Below are positions 37,362-46,175 of a DNA stretch of 62,141 bases, one piece after another. Source of the DNA: an uncultured Verrucomicrobiota bacterium (GTDB lineage: Bacteria > Verrucomicrobiota > CALLYA01 > CAYNBQ01); the NCBI GenBank assembly GCA_964395275.1, contig CAYNBQ010000007.1, forward strand, positions 1 to 62,141, given 5' to 3'. The position numbers and the translations under genes are program-made. The notes under the pieces are model-generated. The model saw nothing but the letters and a program-made list of their open reading frames with translations. It made no database searches and had not been told where the DNA came from. The first letter of the stretch is position 1, and every line of letters begins with the position of its first letter.

Positions 37362-40013
37362 TCAATCCTGCACCGTCACGCGGAAAAAGCTTCTGCCGCC
37401 CGGTGCGGGGATGTTCGTCGCGACGTTTTCCGGCGGCGTGCCGGGAAGGTCGCGGACGACCTCGGAGAACGTCGATGCCGGGTCGCTCGCCGTCTCGATC
37501 CGGTAGAGTTTGCCTTCGACCGACGCCCACCGCAGGACGGCGGTTGCCGGCGCGGCCGGGGAAAAGTCGATCCCCGTGATCTTCAGAACCGATGCGGCGT
37601 CCTTCGGCAGGGTGCCCGCCACCGCTTCATCGGCGTCCGGCAGGCCGTCGCGATCCCAGTCGGTGTCTGTGCCGGCCGGAACGGTCGATCCGAAATGGTC
37701 TTGCTCCCATCCGTCCGGAATGCCGTCGCCGTCGTCGTCGACATCGGGATAGCAGGCGACGACCTCGGCGTGCCAGTCCGCCCAGCCGTTGTTGTCCCAG
37801 TTCCCGGCGCCGTCGCGGAAGACGCAGTCGATGGCGGTGGTCGCCGGCGGAACGTCGTAGACGTAGCTCCAGTGGTCGCCCCGATCGATCATCGGGGGAT
37901 CGGGGTACAGGATGTCCCGCCAGCCGTTCCGGCCGATATGAATGAACAACGCGTCGGCCGCGCCCAGCGGGCTTCCTTCCTTGCGATACCGGATCACCGT
38001 GCCGATGCAGCCGTTGGGACGCCGGGGGACGAACTCGACGTGACCGGCCGGCGATGCCCCGTCGTCGCCCACATAGACGTGGAGAATGTCGCTCCGCCGG
38101 ACGTTGCCGGCCTCGTCGACGGCCTCGATGAAATAGTCGATCAGGACGTCGGCCTGTCCCGTGATCATCCCCCGGTACGCGTAGGCCCGGTGAATCGGCG
38201 TCGGCACGATTTCCGCGGGTCCGGGGTTCGTCGGCATCCGGAAGGCGGGATCCGTGATGTCCAGGACGTTCCAGGCGTTCACCCCCCGTCCCCCGGCGTA
38301 CAGCTCGTTGTCGAAGGTGCCGATCGGGTTGACCCCGTCGAGATCGGTCCGCCAGTACAGCCGCACGGTCCGCACGCCGCCGGCGTCGGCGACGAAGGTC
38401 CATACCTCGAAATCAGCAGGTTGCGGATCGCTTTCGTCCCAGTGACGTCCCCCCGGGTTGTAGGGCGAGCGCTGCGGCGGATAAATGCTGGGCGCGGTGC
38501 GATCGACGTCCGGATGCCGCGCCAGAACCCTGTCCGCCTCCGCAACGGCCAGGTTGCAGGCGCGCGCAACGTTGCCGTCCCACGGATTCGTGGTGTCGCC
38601 GTCCCAGTACCAGTAATCGGAGGCCTCGGCGTTCAGATAGTAGTGCCAGGCCCGCGCCGTCTCGTGTCCCGTGCCGCGGCGGACGTCGTTCAGGGTGTAG
38701 TAGCCCTCGCCCTCGAGATCTTCCGCGTGCAGCACGCGGTTCTGGGCGGCGATCAACACCGACCAGGAAAAACGGTCCGGGGATCGGCCGTCGGGCCAGA
38801 TCCCGCCGTTCCACTTGCCGAACTGCGGATCGCCGCTGTCGGCGCCGGACCAGGATCCCGGTTCCACGTGGATCACGTCGTCCGGTTCCGGCGGATACAT
38901 CTCCAGGTAATCCTGGATCGTCGCAGTATCGAAATCGTCGCGGTTGCGGCACATCTCGAGGAAGGCCGCATGCGACTCATGGTACACGGAGGAGTTGAGC
39001 ATTCCGTAGTTGTCGCCGTCGCTGTGACAGACGATCAGCATCGGATGGTCGGGATCGTCGTTGAGCGATTCGTATTCCGTCCAGACGTTTTCCGGCTTGA
39101 ACGCCCCGTATCCGCCCCGGGCGTTCTCGTTGCCCTCGTAGCGGGCGCCCGGTACGGCGATGATCCGGTAGACCCGGGGATCGTCCGGATCGCTTGCCGG
39201 ATCGACGTACTGGACGTAGTGGGGCTGGTAACCCCAGGGCGCCGAGACCCGGGTGCCGCTCCACAGCCCGTGCAGGCGCACCCAGGTCCCCGGGTCGGGG
39301 TTCTGAACATCGGCCCGGTTCGGCCGCAGGACATTGCCGCCGGCTTCCCACGGATAGCCCTCGCAGGCGCGGTCGAAATGGATGTTGTCCACAAGAACCC
39401 ACTCGATGCCTTCCTCCACGAGCGCCGGGATGATCCGCTCCGCAAAGGCCGTTTCCGGGGGAAAGAATCCCCTGGAATAGCCCGTGGTGTTCCAGAGTTC
39501 CCGGTAGATCTCCTTGTGAAGCCGGATCTGCATGCGCATCGATTCCGGGCAGGTGAGGGGCATCAGGCTGTGGTGATAGGAGAACCCGACCATGTCGAGC
39601 CTCGGATTGCCGCGGACCGTGCGCAGGGTGTTCCGGGCCTCGTCGTAGGCGTCGTCCCAGTCGTGGGTCGTCGACCGGCCCCAGAGGTTGTCCAGGTTCT
39701 CCCCGAGCGACCCGGAAAAGCTGCACTGGGCCCCCGCATGCGGCATCCCGGCGTCGGCCCCGGCGCGCACGGCGTCCCTCGGCCACTCGGTGTACGGACC
39801 GCTGCGCTGGTTGTGCACCCCGGCGACGCTGAAGGTGTAGCGCCCGTTTGCATCCGTCGTCAGAAGGGATTCGTACGGATAATAGATCGGCTGGTGCATG
39901 TGCCAGAGGTAGGTGACGTAGATCGGCGCGGCGCGGGACGCCGCGGGAACCGCGGCGAGGAGCAGCGCGCCGGCCAGGGACGCGCGGCGGCGGGGACGGC
40001 GTGATTCGGTCAT
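37362..40013 (-). CDS. Secreted GH57-family glycoside hydrolase with a CBM25-like starch-binding module, a TSP3-like repeat and the shared C-terminal module
   Basis: ORF 37362..40562 trimmed to ATG 40013 (GGAGGA RBS). Signal peptide RRRASLAGALLLAAVPAASRA. YLWHMHQPIYYP is the GH57 region I HQP. Also FFPPETAF and HSDGDNYG. RNGWRD...DGAGNWDNNGWADWH resembles a CBM25/CBM53 motif. Confidence 0.7.
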   Translation of the reverse strand: MTESRRPRRRASLAGALLLAAVPAASRAAPIYVTYLWHMHQPIYYPYESLLTTDANGRYTFSVAGVHNQRSGPYTEWPRDAVRAGADAGMPHAGAQCSFSGSLGENLDNLWGRSTTHDWDDAYDEARNTLRTVRGNPRLDMVGFSYHHSLMPLTCPESMRMQIRLHKEIYRELWNTTGYSRGFFPPETAFAERIIPALVEEGIEWVLVDNIHFDRACEGYPWEAGGNVLRPNRADVQNPDPGTWVRLHGLWSGTRVSAPWGYQPHYVQYVDPASDPDDPRVYRIIAVPGARYEGNENARGGYGAFKPENVWTEYESLNDDPDHPMLIVCHSDGDNYGMLNSSVYHESHAAFLEMCRNRDDFDTATIQDYLEMYPPEPDDVIHVEPGSWSGADSGDPQFGKWNGGIWPDGRSPDRFSWSVLIAAQNRVLHAEDLEGEGYYTLNDVRRGTGHETARAWHYYLNAEASDYWYWDGDTTNPWDGNVARACNLAVAEADRVLARHPDVDRTAPSIYPPQRSPYNPGGRHWDESDPQPADFEVWTFVADAGGVRTVRLYWRTDLDGVNPIGTFDNELYAGGRGVNAWNVLDITDPAFRMPTNPGPAEIVPTPIHRAYAYRGMITGQADVLIDYFIEAVDEAGNVRRSDILHVYVGDDGASPAGHVEFVPRRPNGCIGTVIRYRKEGSPLGAADALFIHIGRNGWRDILYPDPPMIDRGDHWSYVYDVPPATTAIDCVFRDGAGNWDNNGWADWHAEVVACYPDVDDDGDGIPDGWEQDHFGSTVPAGTDTDWDRDGLPDADEAVAGTLPKDAASVLKITGIDFSPAAPATAVLRWASVEGKLYRIETASDPASTFSEVVRDLPGTPPENVATNIPAPGGRSFFRVTVQD

Positions 40014-40173
40014 GTTTCCTCCGGATCCCGGGCGGCCTCCGCGGATCCGGGGGTAAGATGCGGTTTCGAAACGGTTCGCGCAACCGGTTCGAGGGCGAGA
40101 CCTCTGGCGCCGGTCCCCGCGCCCTTGGTATCGTGGGGGCGGTTCGGAACGCGGAGCGAAGGAGATCGCGGGG

Positions 40174-41484
40174 ATGGCGGAGAGCAGTCGACGGGATTCG
40201 TTCGCGGACATTCTCACCCTGGGATTCGGAACCAGCGTGCTGATGTGGACCCTCGGGTACGCGGGCCGACTCCCCGGCATCCACTGGCCGGGTTCTCTGC
40301 TTTTTCCCCTGATGATTCTTGCGCTGATCGCAGGGGGATTCGCCTCCGGACGGATGACGGACCGGGGATGGCGGGGCGGCTTCGCAACCGGCCTGACCGC
40401 GTCCCTCGTGAACCTTCTCGTGATGGGCAGCCTGCTGGCCGACGCCCTGCCGAACCGCCTCTTCCCCTCGGCGCTCTGGTGGATCCCCTGTTTCCTGGCG
40501 GTCGGCGGCGGCCTCGCCGCCGCGGGGGCCTTCATCGGAGCACGGGCGGGCGGACGACGCATCGCGACGGACTGGGTCCACGCCTTCGCATGGGTGACGC
40601 TGATCGCGACGTCCGTTCTTATCGTGGTCGGCGGACTCGTGACCAGTCATGAAGCGGGCCTGGCCGTGCGCGACTGGCCGACCACGAACGGGTACAACAT
40701 GTTCCTGTATCCGTTGTCCCGGATGACCGGCGGGATCTACTACGACCACGCCCACCGTCTGTTCGGATCGTTCGTCGGCCTCACGTCGCTCGTCCTTGCC
40801 CTGCTGCTCTCGCGCAACGAGGAGGACCGCCGGATCCGGCTCCTCGGCTGGGCCGCCATGATCACGGTCCTTCTCCAGGGGATCCTCGGCGGACTGCGTG
40901 TGACGGGACGCCTGAGCCTCGGCGGCGATCCGGCGCAGCTTCGCCCGATGCCCGCCCTGGCCGTCGTGCACGGCGTGGTGGGACAGATCTTCCTGGGCCT
41001 CGTCGCCGCGATCGTGGTCGTGACCTCGCCTTCGTGGCGCAGAGCCGGGCCGCCGCCCCGTCGAGACCGGGCCTCGACAAGCCTGCGGACGTGGAGTTCC
41101 GTCCTGGTCGGCCTCTTCCTGGTCGAGATCGCCCTCGGCTCGCTGCTTCGCCACCATTCCGCAGGACCTCTCCTGCACGTGCTGGTGGCCACGGCGGTGC
41201 TTCTGTCGGCGGTCGGTTGCGGGATCTTCGCCTGGGACTCCGCGCCCCGCGGTTCGGTGACTGCCCGGCTCGGGCTCCTCCTCTTCGTCGGCGCGATCCT
41301 TCAGGTCTTTCTGGGGGTGGCCGCATGGTCCGCGACGCTCGTTCGACGGGGGAGGCTCGTTCCCGGCGCCCCTGAGGTGGCGATCCTTACCGCGCACCAG
41401 GCGTTCGGGGCCCTGCTTTTTGCCGTCTGCGTGGCATTGATGCTCTGGGTCCGGCGGGAAGAACCCCGGCGGACGCGACGCTGA
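40174..41484 (+). CDS. ctaA: Heme A synthase (CtaA/COX15 family) with an extra N-terminal ~4-TM extension
   Basis: GAAGGAG RBS. VTSHEAGLAVRDWPTTNG, DHAHRLFG, VVHGVVGQ, LRHH and HQAFGALLF are conserved His-bearing helices of COX15/CtaA. Confidence 0.75.
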   Translation: MAESSRRDSFADILTLGFGTSVLMWTLGYAGRLPGIHWPGSLLFPLMILALIAGGFASGRMTDRGWRGGFATGLTASLVNLLVMGSLLADALPNRLFPSALWWIPCFLAVGGGLAAAGAFIGARAGGRRIATDWVHAFAWVTLIATSVLIVVGGLVTSHEAGLAVRDWPTTNGYNMFLYPLSRMTGGIYYDHAHRLFGSFVGLTSLVLALLLSRNEEDRRIRLLGWAAMITVLLQGILGGLRVTGRLSLGGDPAQLRPMPALAVVHGVVGQIFLGLVAAIVVVTSPSWRRAGPPPRRDRASTSLRTWSSVLVGLFLVEIALGSLLRHHSAGPLLHVLVATAVLLSAVGCGIFAWDSAPRGSVTARLGLLLFVGAILQVFLGVAAWSATLVRRGRLVPGAPEVAILTAHQAFGALLFAVCVALMLWVRREEPRRTRR

Positions 41485-41760
41485 CCCGGGCCCGGTTTCG
41501 CCCGGTTCCATCGGGAAGCTGTCCTGTACGCGGGGTGTATGCCGACGGACAGTCCTTGCTACCCCGGGTTCGCCCGGACGGTGTCCCGCCGCGGGCGGTT
41601 CGTAGGAAAAACGGCTTCCGTGCCGCCGCAGGACCGGGATGAAGGAAATCGCGCAATTCATGGCACGGGAATTGCCCCCTGCCGGGAGATGCGTCGAAGG
41701 GCTTCGCTGGTTGCGCGTTCGAGGAAAAGGGACGATTGTATTCGGATCGGAGCAGGAGAA

Positions 41761-42711
41761 TTGAAAAGAAGGAACTGGATCCGCCGGATCGTCTGGGGAC
41801 TGATCGCCGTTCTGGGGCTGTGGATCGGGAGCGATTTCGCGTATTCGACGATCACGATGCGCCGGCTGCTGGAATGGGAGAAGGGCGTCGCCCGGGATCG
41901 GGACGGCGTCCGGATCGGCTGTCGCGAGCGCACGATCGGTTCGGGTGAGACGGCGATCCTCTTCATCCACGGGTTCGGAGATTCGCCCGCGGTCTTTTCC
42001 CGCATGGCCCCGGCGCTGGCGGCCCGCGGATACACGTGCCGCCTGATGCGGCTGCCCGGGTTTGCCGAACCGGTCGAGAATCTGAAGAACGCCGACAAGG
42101 ACGCCTGGAACGCCGCGGTCGCCTCGGAGTTGTCCGCGTTGCGCCGATCGCACGATCGCGTGATCGTCGTGGCCCACTCCCTCGGCGGCGCCCTGGCGAT
42201 CGAACACCTGCTGGATCATCCCCGGGATGCCGACGGGGTCGTTCTGATCGCCCCCCTGGTGAAGGTCGCCCGGGACCGAAGCCCGCTTCTGTCGGCGCGG
42301 GCCTGGTACGAGGTCGGGGAAAACCTCTTCCTGTTCACCGACGTCGTCGAATCGCCATTCCCCCGGGACACGATCGTTTCCGAGCAGGAGGCGCCCGATT
42401 TCCGAACGCCCTTCGTGCCGCGCGGGGTGTATCGATCCATGTTCGCCGTGCTCGACGACATCGACGGCCGAGCCGCCGAATTCCGGACGCCGTTGCTGAT
42501 GGTGGTTTCGCAGCGGGATCGCGTGGTGGATACCGCCGCCGCGGAGCGGTTCTTCGAAGAAGCCCCGGCGGCGCGCAAGGAAATCCTGCGAACCGCGGAG
42601 GCCGGCCACGTGATCCCGCTGGACCGCGGATGGCGGGACGTGACCGAACGGATCGATGCCTTCATCCGCGGCGTTTCCGACGGCGGCGGTTCATCCCCGG
42701 CGTCGAGCTGA
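41761..42711 (+). CDS. Membrane-anchored alpha/beta-fold hydrolase (lysophospholipase/esterase-like)
   Basis: It has a nucleophile elbow VAHSLGG, FIHGFGDS, and a C-terminal AGHVIPLD containing a His. The start is uncertain: TTG 41761 after GGAGCAGGAG, or in-frame ATG 41689 or 41539. Confidence 0.65.
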   Translation: MKRRNWIRRIVWGLIAVLGLWIGSDFAYSTITMRRLLEWEKGVARDRDGVRIGCRERTIGSGETAILFIHGFGDSPAVFSRMAPALAARGYTCRLMRLPGFAEPVENLKNADKDAWNAAVASELSALRRSHDRVIVVAHSLGGALAIEHLLDHPRDADGVVLIAPLVKVARDRSPLLSARAWYEVGENLFLFTDVVESPFPRDTIVSEQEAPDFRTPFVPRGVYRSMFAVLDDIDGRAAEFRTPLLMVVSQRDRVVDTAAAERFFEEAPAARKEILRTAEAGHVIPLDRGWRDVTERIDAFIRGVSDGGGSSPASS

Positions 42712-42881
42712 TCCGCCCGGAATCCGCCCGCCGCTCGCTCGAGTCCGCGGGGCCGGCGGGGGATTTTCCCGCTCCGCCTTCGGGGTGGGAGACGCCGCTT
42801 CTTTGTGCCAACATCGGCGGCGGCGGGCGACGCCCGGGAGCCGGCCGGAACCGCAAGCCCGGAAGACGGGGGAGAGATGAC

Positions 42882-43913
42882 ATGAAGCGGACGGCGGCGA
42901 AACTGACCCTGGCGGCGGCGATCCTCGCCCTGTTGTGGCTCGCCGTATTCGTCGTCAACCAGACCGCGCAGATCGTCGAACTGGCCGCCCGGATCCACCC
43001 GGTCTTCGGCACCGTCGTTCTCTGGGGCCTGTTGGCGGCTTATCTCGGACTGGGCGTCGTCCTCTACGTACAGTTCGCGCGTCTGCCGCGGAGCCTGACC
43101 CCGCCCCGTTCCGAAGACGATCCCTCGTTCGACGCCTATCTTGCCGAAGTCCGGAAACGGCTTGCCAGAAACCCCCGGCTGCGGGGAATGACATTTTCCA
43201 ACCGGGAAGACGTGGAACGCGGGCTGGAGATCCTCGGAAAAGAGGCCGATCGCATCATCCGCGACGCGGCCGCGGCCGTTTTCCTCACCACCGCCGTTTC
43301 CCAGAACGGAAAGCTGGACGTCCTGCTCGTGTTGTCGGCGCAGACGCGCATGGTGTGGCGGATCGTCCGCGTCTACCGGCAGAGACCGGGTCCGCGGGAT
43401 CTCCTTCGCCTCTACGGCAACGTGGCGGCCACGGCCTTCGTCGCATCGGAACTGGAAGACGTCGACATCAGCCGCCAGATCGAGCCCGTGCTGACCTCTT
43501 CGCTGGGGGCGCTGGCGGGGGGACTCCCGGGGACGCAGGTGATCGGGCATGTGCTTGTGAACGCCGTTCTGACAGGTTCCACGAACGCGTTTCTCACGCT
43601 GCGGGTGGGGATCGTTGCAAAACGGTACAGCGGTTCCCTGGTGGTCGAAGAACGAACCGCCCTGCGCCGGTCGGCCACCCTCGAGGCCGGCAGACTTCTC
43701 GGACGGATCGTCGCCCAGGGAACCGCAAAACTCACCGGCGCCGTGTGGAAGGCCTCCAAAGGCAAGATCGGGGGCGCCCTTTCCGGGATGGGCGGGTACG
43801 CGCGGGACGCCGGCGCCTCGGTCCTTTCGTTCGTGGGCCTTCGCCGGGAGAAACCGCAGGAAGAACCGGATCCGGACGCCTCCCTGGAAGAGCCGGGGCC
43901 GATCGGGGATTGA
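42882..43913 (+). CDS. DUF697 (YcjF-like) membrane protein
   Basis: ORF 42036..43913 trimmed to ATG 42882 (GGGGAGAG RBS). It has two N-terminal TM helices. The core AAAVFLTTAVSQNGKLDVLLVLSAQTRMVWRIVRVY recalls DUF697. Confidence 0.55.
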   Translation: MKRTAAKLTLAAAILALLWLAVFVVNQTAQIVELAARIHPVFGTVVLWGLLAAYLGLGVVLYVQFARLPRSLTPPRSEDDPSFDAYLAEVRKRLARNPRLRGMTFSNREDVERGLEILGKEADRIIRDAAAAVFLTTAVSQNGKLDVLLVLSAQTRMVWRIVRVYRQRPGPRDLLRLYGNVAATAFVASELEDVDISRQIEPVLTSSLGALAGGLPGTQVIGHVLVNAVLTGSTNAFLTLRVGIVAKRYSGSLVVEERTALRRSATLEAGRLLGRIVAQGTAKLTGAVWKASKGKIGGALSGMGGYARDAGASVLSFVGLRREKPQEEPDPDASLEEPGPIGD

Positions 43914-43923
43914 CCGCCCCGGG

Positions 43924-44889
43924 TCAGGAGGGCTTGCGCTGCGTTCCTCCGCCGCGGTCCTCCTCGGCGATTCGACCCAGCATCGTCAGGTATCCTTCGT
44001 ACCGCCGGGGATCGATCTCCCCGGTCGCCACGGCCGCGCGGACCGCGCAGGGTTCCTCGTGCACGTGGGTGCAATCGGGATACCGGCATTGTCCGGCGCG
44101 CTCGACGAATTCGGGGAAGAACCGGGCGACGTTGTCGGGATCCATGTCCCACAGGAGGAAATCGCGCACCCCGGGCGTGTCGATCAGGAATCCCCCTCCG
44201 GGGAGTTCGAACATCCGCGCGGAACTCGTCGTGTGACGTCCCTTGCCGGTGCGCGGGTTCACGCTCGCCGTGGGAACCGCGGCTCGCGGATGGAGACGGT
44301 TCAACAACGTGGATTTCCCGGCGCCCGAGGGGCCGGCCATCACGGAGACCCGGTCGCGCAACACTCCGGCGAGTTCGTCGATGCCTTCGCCCGTGAGCGC
44401 GCTGGCGGCGACGACGACGTAGCCGATCCGCGCGTACATCTCCCGGACGGATCGGGTTTCTTCGGGCGCGGCGAGGTCCGTCTTGTTGAGGCAGACGATC
44501 GGTTCGATCCCGTGCTGGTGCGCCGCGACCAGGTAACGATCGATCAGCGAGGTCCGCAGAGGGGGGTCGGCCATGGCGACCGTCACCACCACCTGGTCGA
44601 GGTTTGCGGCGACGACCTGCCGTCCGCGGAACGTGCGGCGCTGAAGAACGTTCCGCCTCGGCAGGACCTCCTCGATCCGCGGCCCGGATTTCGGTTGCAC
44701 GGAGACCCGTACCCGGTCTCCGACGACGACGGGGGATTCGTTTCCGGCTTCCCGGTGGTGAAGCACGCCGCGCACAGCGCAGGTCCATTCCTCCCCGCCG
44801 TCGGTTTCCACGATCGCGCCGCGGCCGGTGACCTGGACGACCGTCGCTTCGATCCGGCTTTCCTCCCTGGACACGTTCTCCTGATGCAT
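43924..44889 (-). CDS. rsgA: Ribosome small-subunit-dependent GTPase A
   Basis: Circularly permuted GTPase order: LNKTDL (G4), then GPSGAGKSTLLN (G1), then DTPG (G3). The C-terminal zinc knuckle is CRYPDCTHVHEEPCAV. Confidence 0.9.
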   Translation of the reverse strand: MHQENVSREESRIEATVVQVTGRGAIVETDGGEEWTCAVRGVLHHREAGNESPVVVGDRVRVSVQPKSGPRIEEVLPRRNVLQRRTFRGRQVVAANLDQVVVTVAMADPPLRTSLIDRYLVAAHQHGIEPIVCLNKTDLAAPEETRSVREMYARIGYVVVAASALTGEGIDELAGVLRDRVSVMAGPSGAGKSTLLNRLHPRAAVPTASVNPRTGKGRHTTSSARMFELPGGGFLIDTPGVRDFLLWDMDPDNVARFFPEFVERAGQCRYPDCTHVHEEPCAVRAAVATGEIDPRRYEGYLTMLGRIAEEDRGGGTQRKPS

Positions 44890-45105
44890 CCTCCGCCCCG
44901 CCGCGGTCCCGTTGCGAAACCGCCTTGCCCGACGCTACGGGGACCGCGGGGCGGGGTCAACCGTCCCCCGATTCTCCCTCCGACGAAAAACCGCCCCGGG
45001 ACCTCTTCGGCGCTTTACCCTTCCCGGCGAATGAAGGATAAGAGGCGCCGGTCGACCGCGGCGCAGGCCCGGACCGGGCGCCGCCCATATCCTGAGGAGG
45101 TTTCG

Positions 45106-45975
45106 ATGAAAGTCGGGTTCATGGCGGGGTTCAATCCCGAGAGGATCGAGTTCGCGCGCGAGAACGGTTTCGGCAGCATCGAGTTGATGGCGGGACCGAA
45201 CGACGCCTATTTCCCCGGGAAGGCCGGGTGGAAACCGAAGGCGAAGAAGGTTCGCGAGATCTTCGACGAAGCGGGCCTGGAGATCGGCTGCATCGCGGCC
45301 TTCTACGTCAACCACATGGATCCGGAACGGACGGTCGAATACCGCGACCTGGTGCGCAACGCCGTCCGCCTGGCCGAGGCCATGGAAGTGCCCGTCGTGG
45401 CGGGGTTCGCCGGCCGGGTCGTCGGCGAATCGCTCGAGGCGAGCCTGAAACCCTTCCGGAAGATCTGGGCCCCCCACGCGAAGTTCGCCGAAGACCACGG
45501 GGTCAGGATCGCCTTCGAAAACTGTCCCATGGGCGCGTACCACACCCCGTGCGGGGGGATCAACTGCATGTGCACCCCGGATTTCTGGCGGAAGGCCTTC
45601 GACCTGGTTCCCTCCGAGGCGCTGGGACTGGAATGGGATCCCTCGCACCTCATCTGCCTGTCGATCGATCCGATCGCCAACCTCCGGGAATTCGGCTCGC
45701 GCGTGTACCATGTCCACGCCAAGGACGCCAAGGTGAACCGCGACATCGTCGCGCGCAACGGCTTCTGGCACCCGGGCGCCGTCGAACACTGCTTCCCCGG
45801 CGTCGGCGACACCGACTGGGGCCAGGTGATCAAGGAACTGTACCGCATCGGGTACGACAACCACCTCGACATCGAGGGATGGCACGACGCCGTCTACCGG
45901 GATCATCGGCGCGGGCCGAAGATGGAGGACGCCGGGTTGAAGATGGCCCTGCGGCATCTTTCCCGGTGGCTCTGA
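45106..45975 (+). CDS. Sugar phosphate isomerase/epimerase (xylose isomerase-like TIM barrel)
   Basis: This is the real part of ORF 43615..45975. ATG 45106 has a GAGGAGG RBS. Metal-ligand blocks are IAFENCP, LEWDPSHL, HVHAKD and LDIEGWHD. Confidence 0.75.
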   Translation: MKVGFMAGFNPERIEFARENGFGSIELMAGPNDAYFPGKAGWKPKAKKVREIFDEAGLEIGCIAAFYVNHMDPERTVEYRDLVRNAVRLAEAMEVPVVAGFAGRVVGESLEASLKPFRKIWAPHAKFAEDHGVRIAFENCPMGAYHTPCGGINCMCTPDFWRKAFDLVPSEALGLEWDPSHLICLSIDPIANLREFGSRVYHVHAKDAKVNRDIVARNGFWHPGAVEHCFPGVGDTDWGQVIKELYRIGYDNHLDIEGWHDAVYRDHRRGPKMEDAGLKMALRHLSRWL

Positions 45976-46006
45976 TCCCCGTTCCCGCAGCGATCCGATG
46001 AAGAAC

Positions 46007-46030
46007 GCGGCGGTCCCCGGGGACCGCCGC
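46007..46030. terminator. Perfect 24-nt palindrome between convergent genes (a bidirectional terminator-like hairpin with no clear U-tract)
   Basis: GCGGCGGTCCCCGGGGACCGCCGC lies between the isomerase stop (45975) and the lpdA stop (46176). Confidence 0.4.
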
Positions 46031-46175
46031 CCGCGTGTCTCGCCGATCGCGCCCGCAGACGGAGACGATTCTTTCGCTCCGGTTCGACCGGAAAACGCGG
46101 CCGGCGCAGGGCCGGCAAATCGACCTCGTCCGGGCGAGCGACCTCCGGCGCGCCCCTGCGTCTGCCGGTCCGGAC

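Noticed and set aside
36987-42609. 1005-aa + ORF (36987..40004) and 1210-aa minus ORF (38977..42609)
   Set aside because: These are shadows of the GH57 gene (minus) and of ctaA plus the hydrolase gene (plus). The composition is biased and there are no motifs.
44893-44960. Imperfect GC-rich inverted repeat (CCGCCCCGCCGCGGTCCC ... GGGGACCGCGGGGCGGGG) upstream of rsgA
   Set aside because: The pairing is imperfect, with a 28-nt loop in very GC-rich DNA. It is of the kind expected by chance here and has no second copy or functional context.
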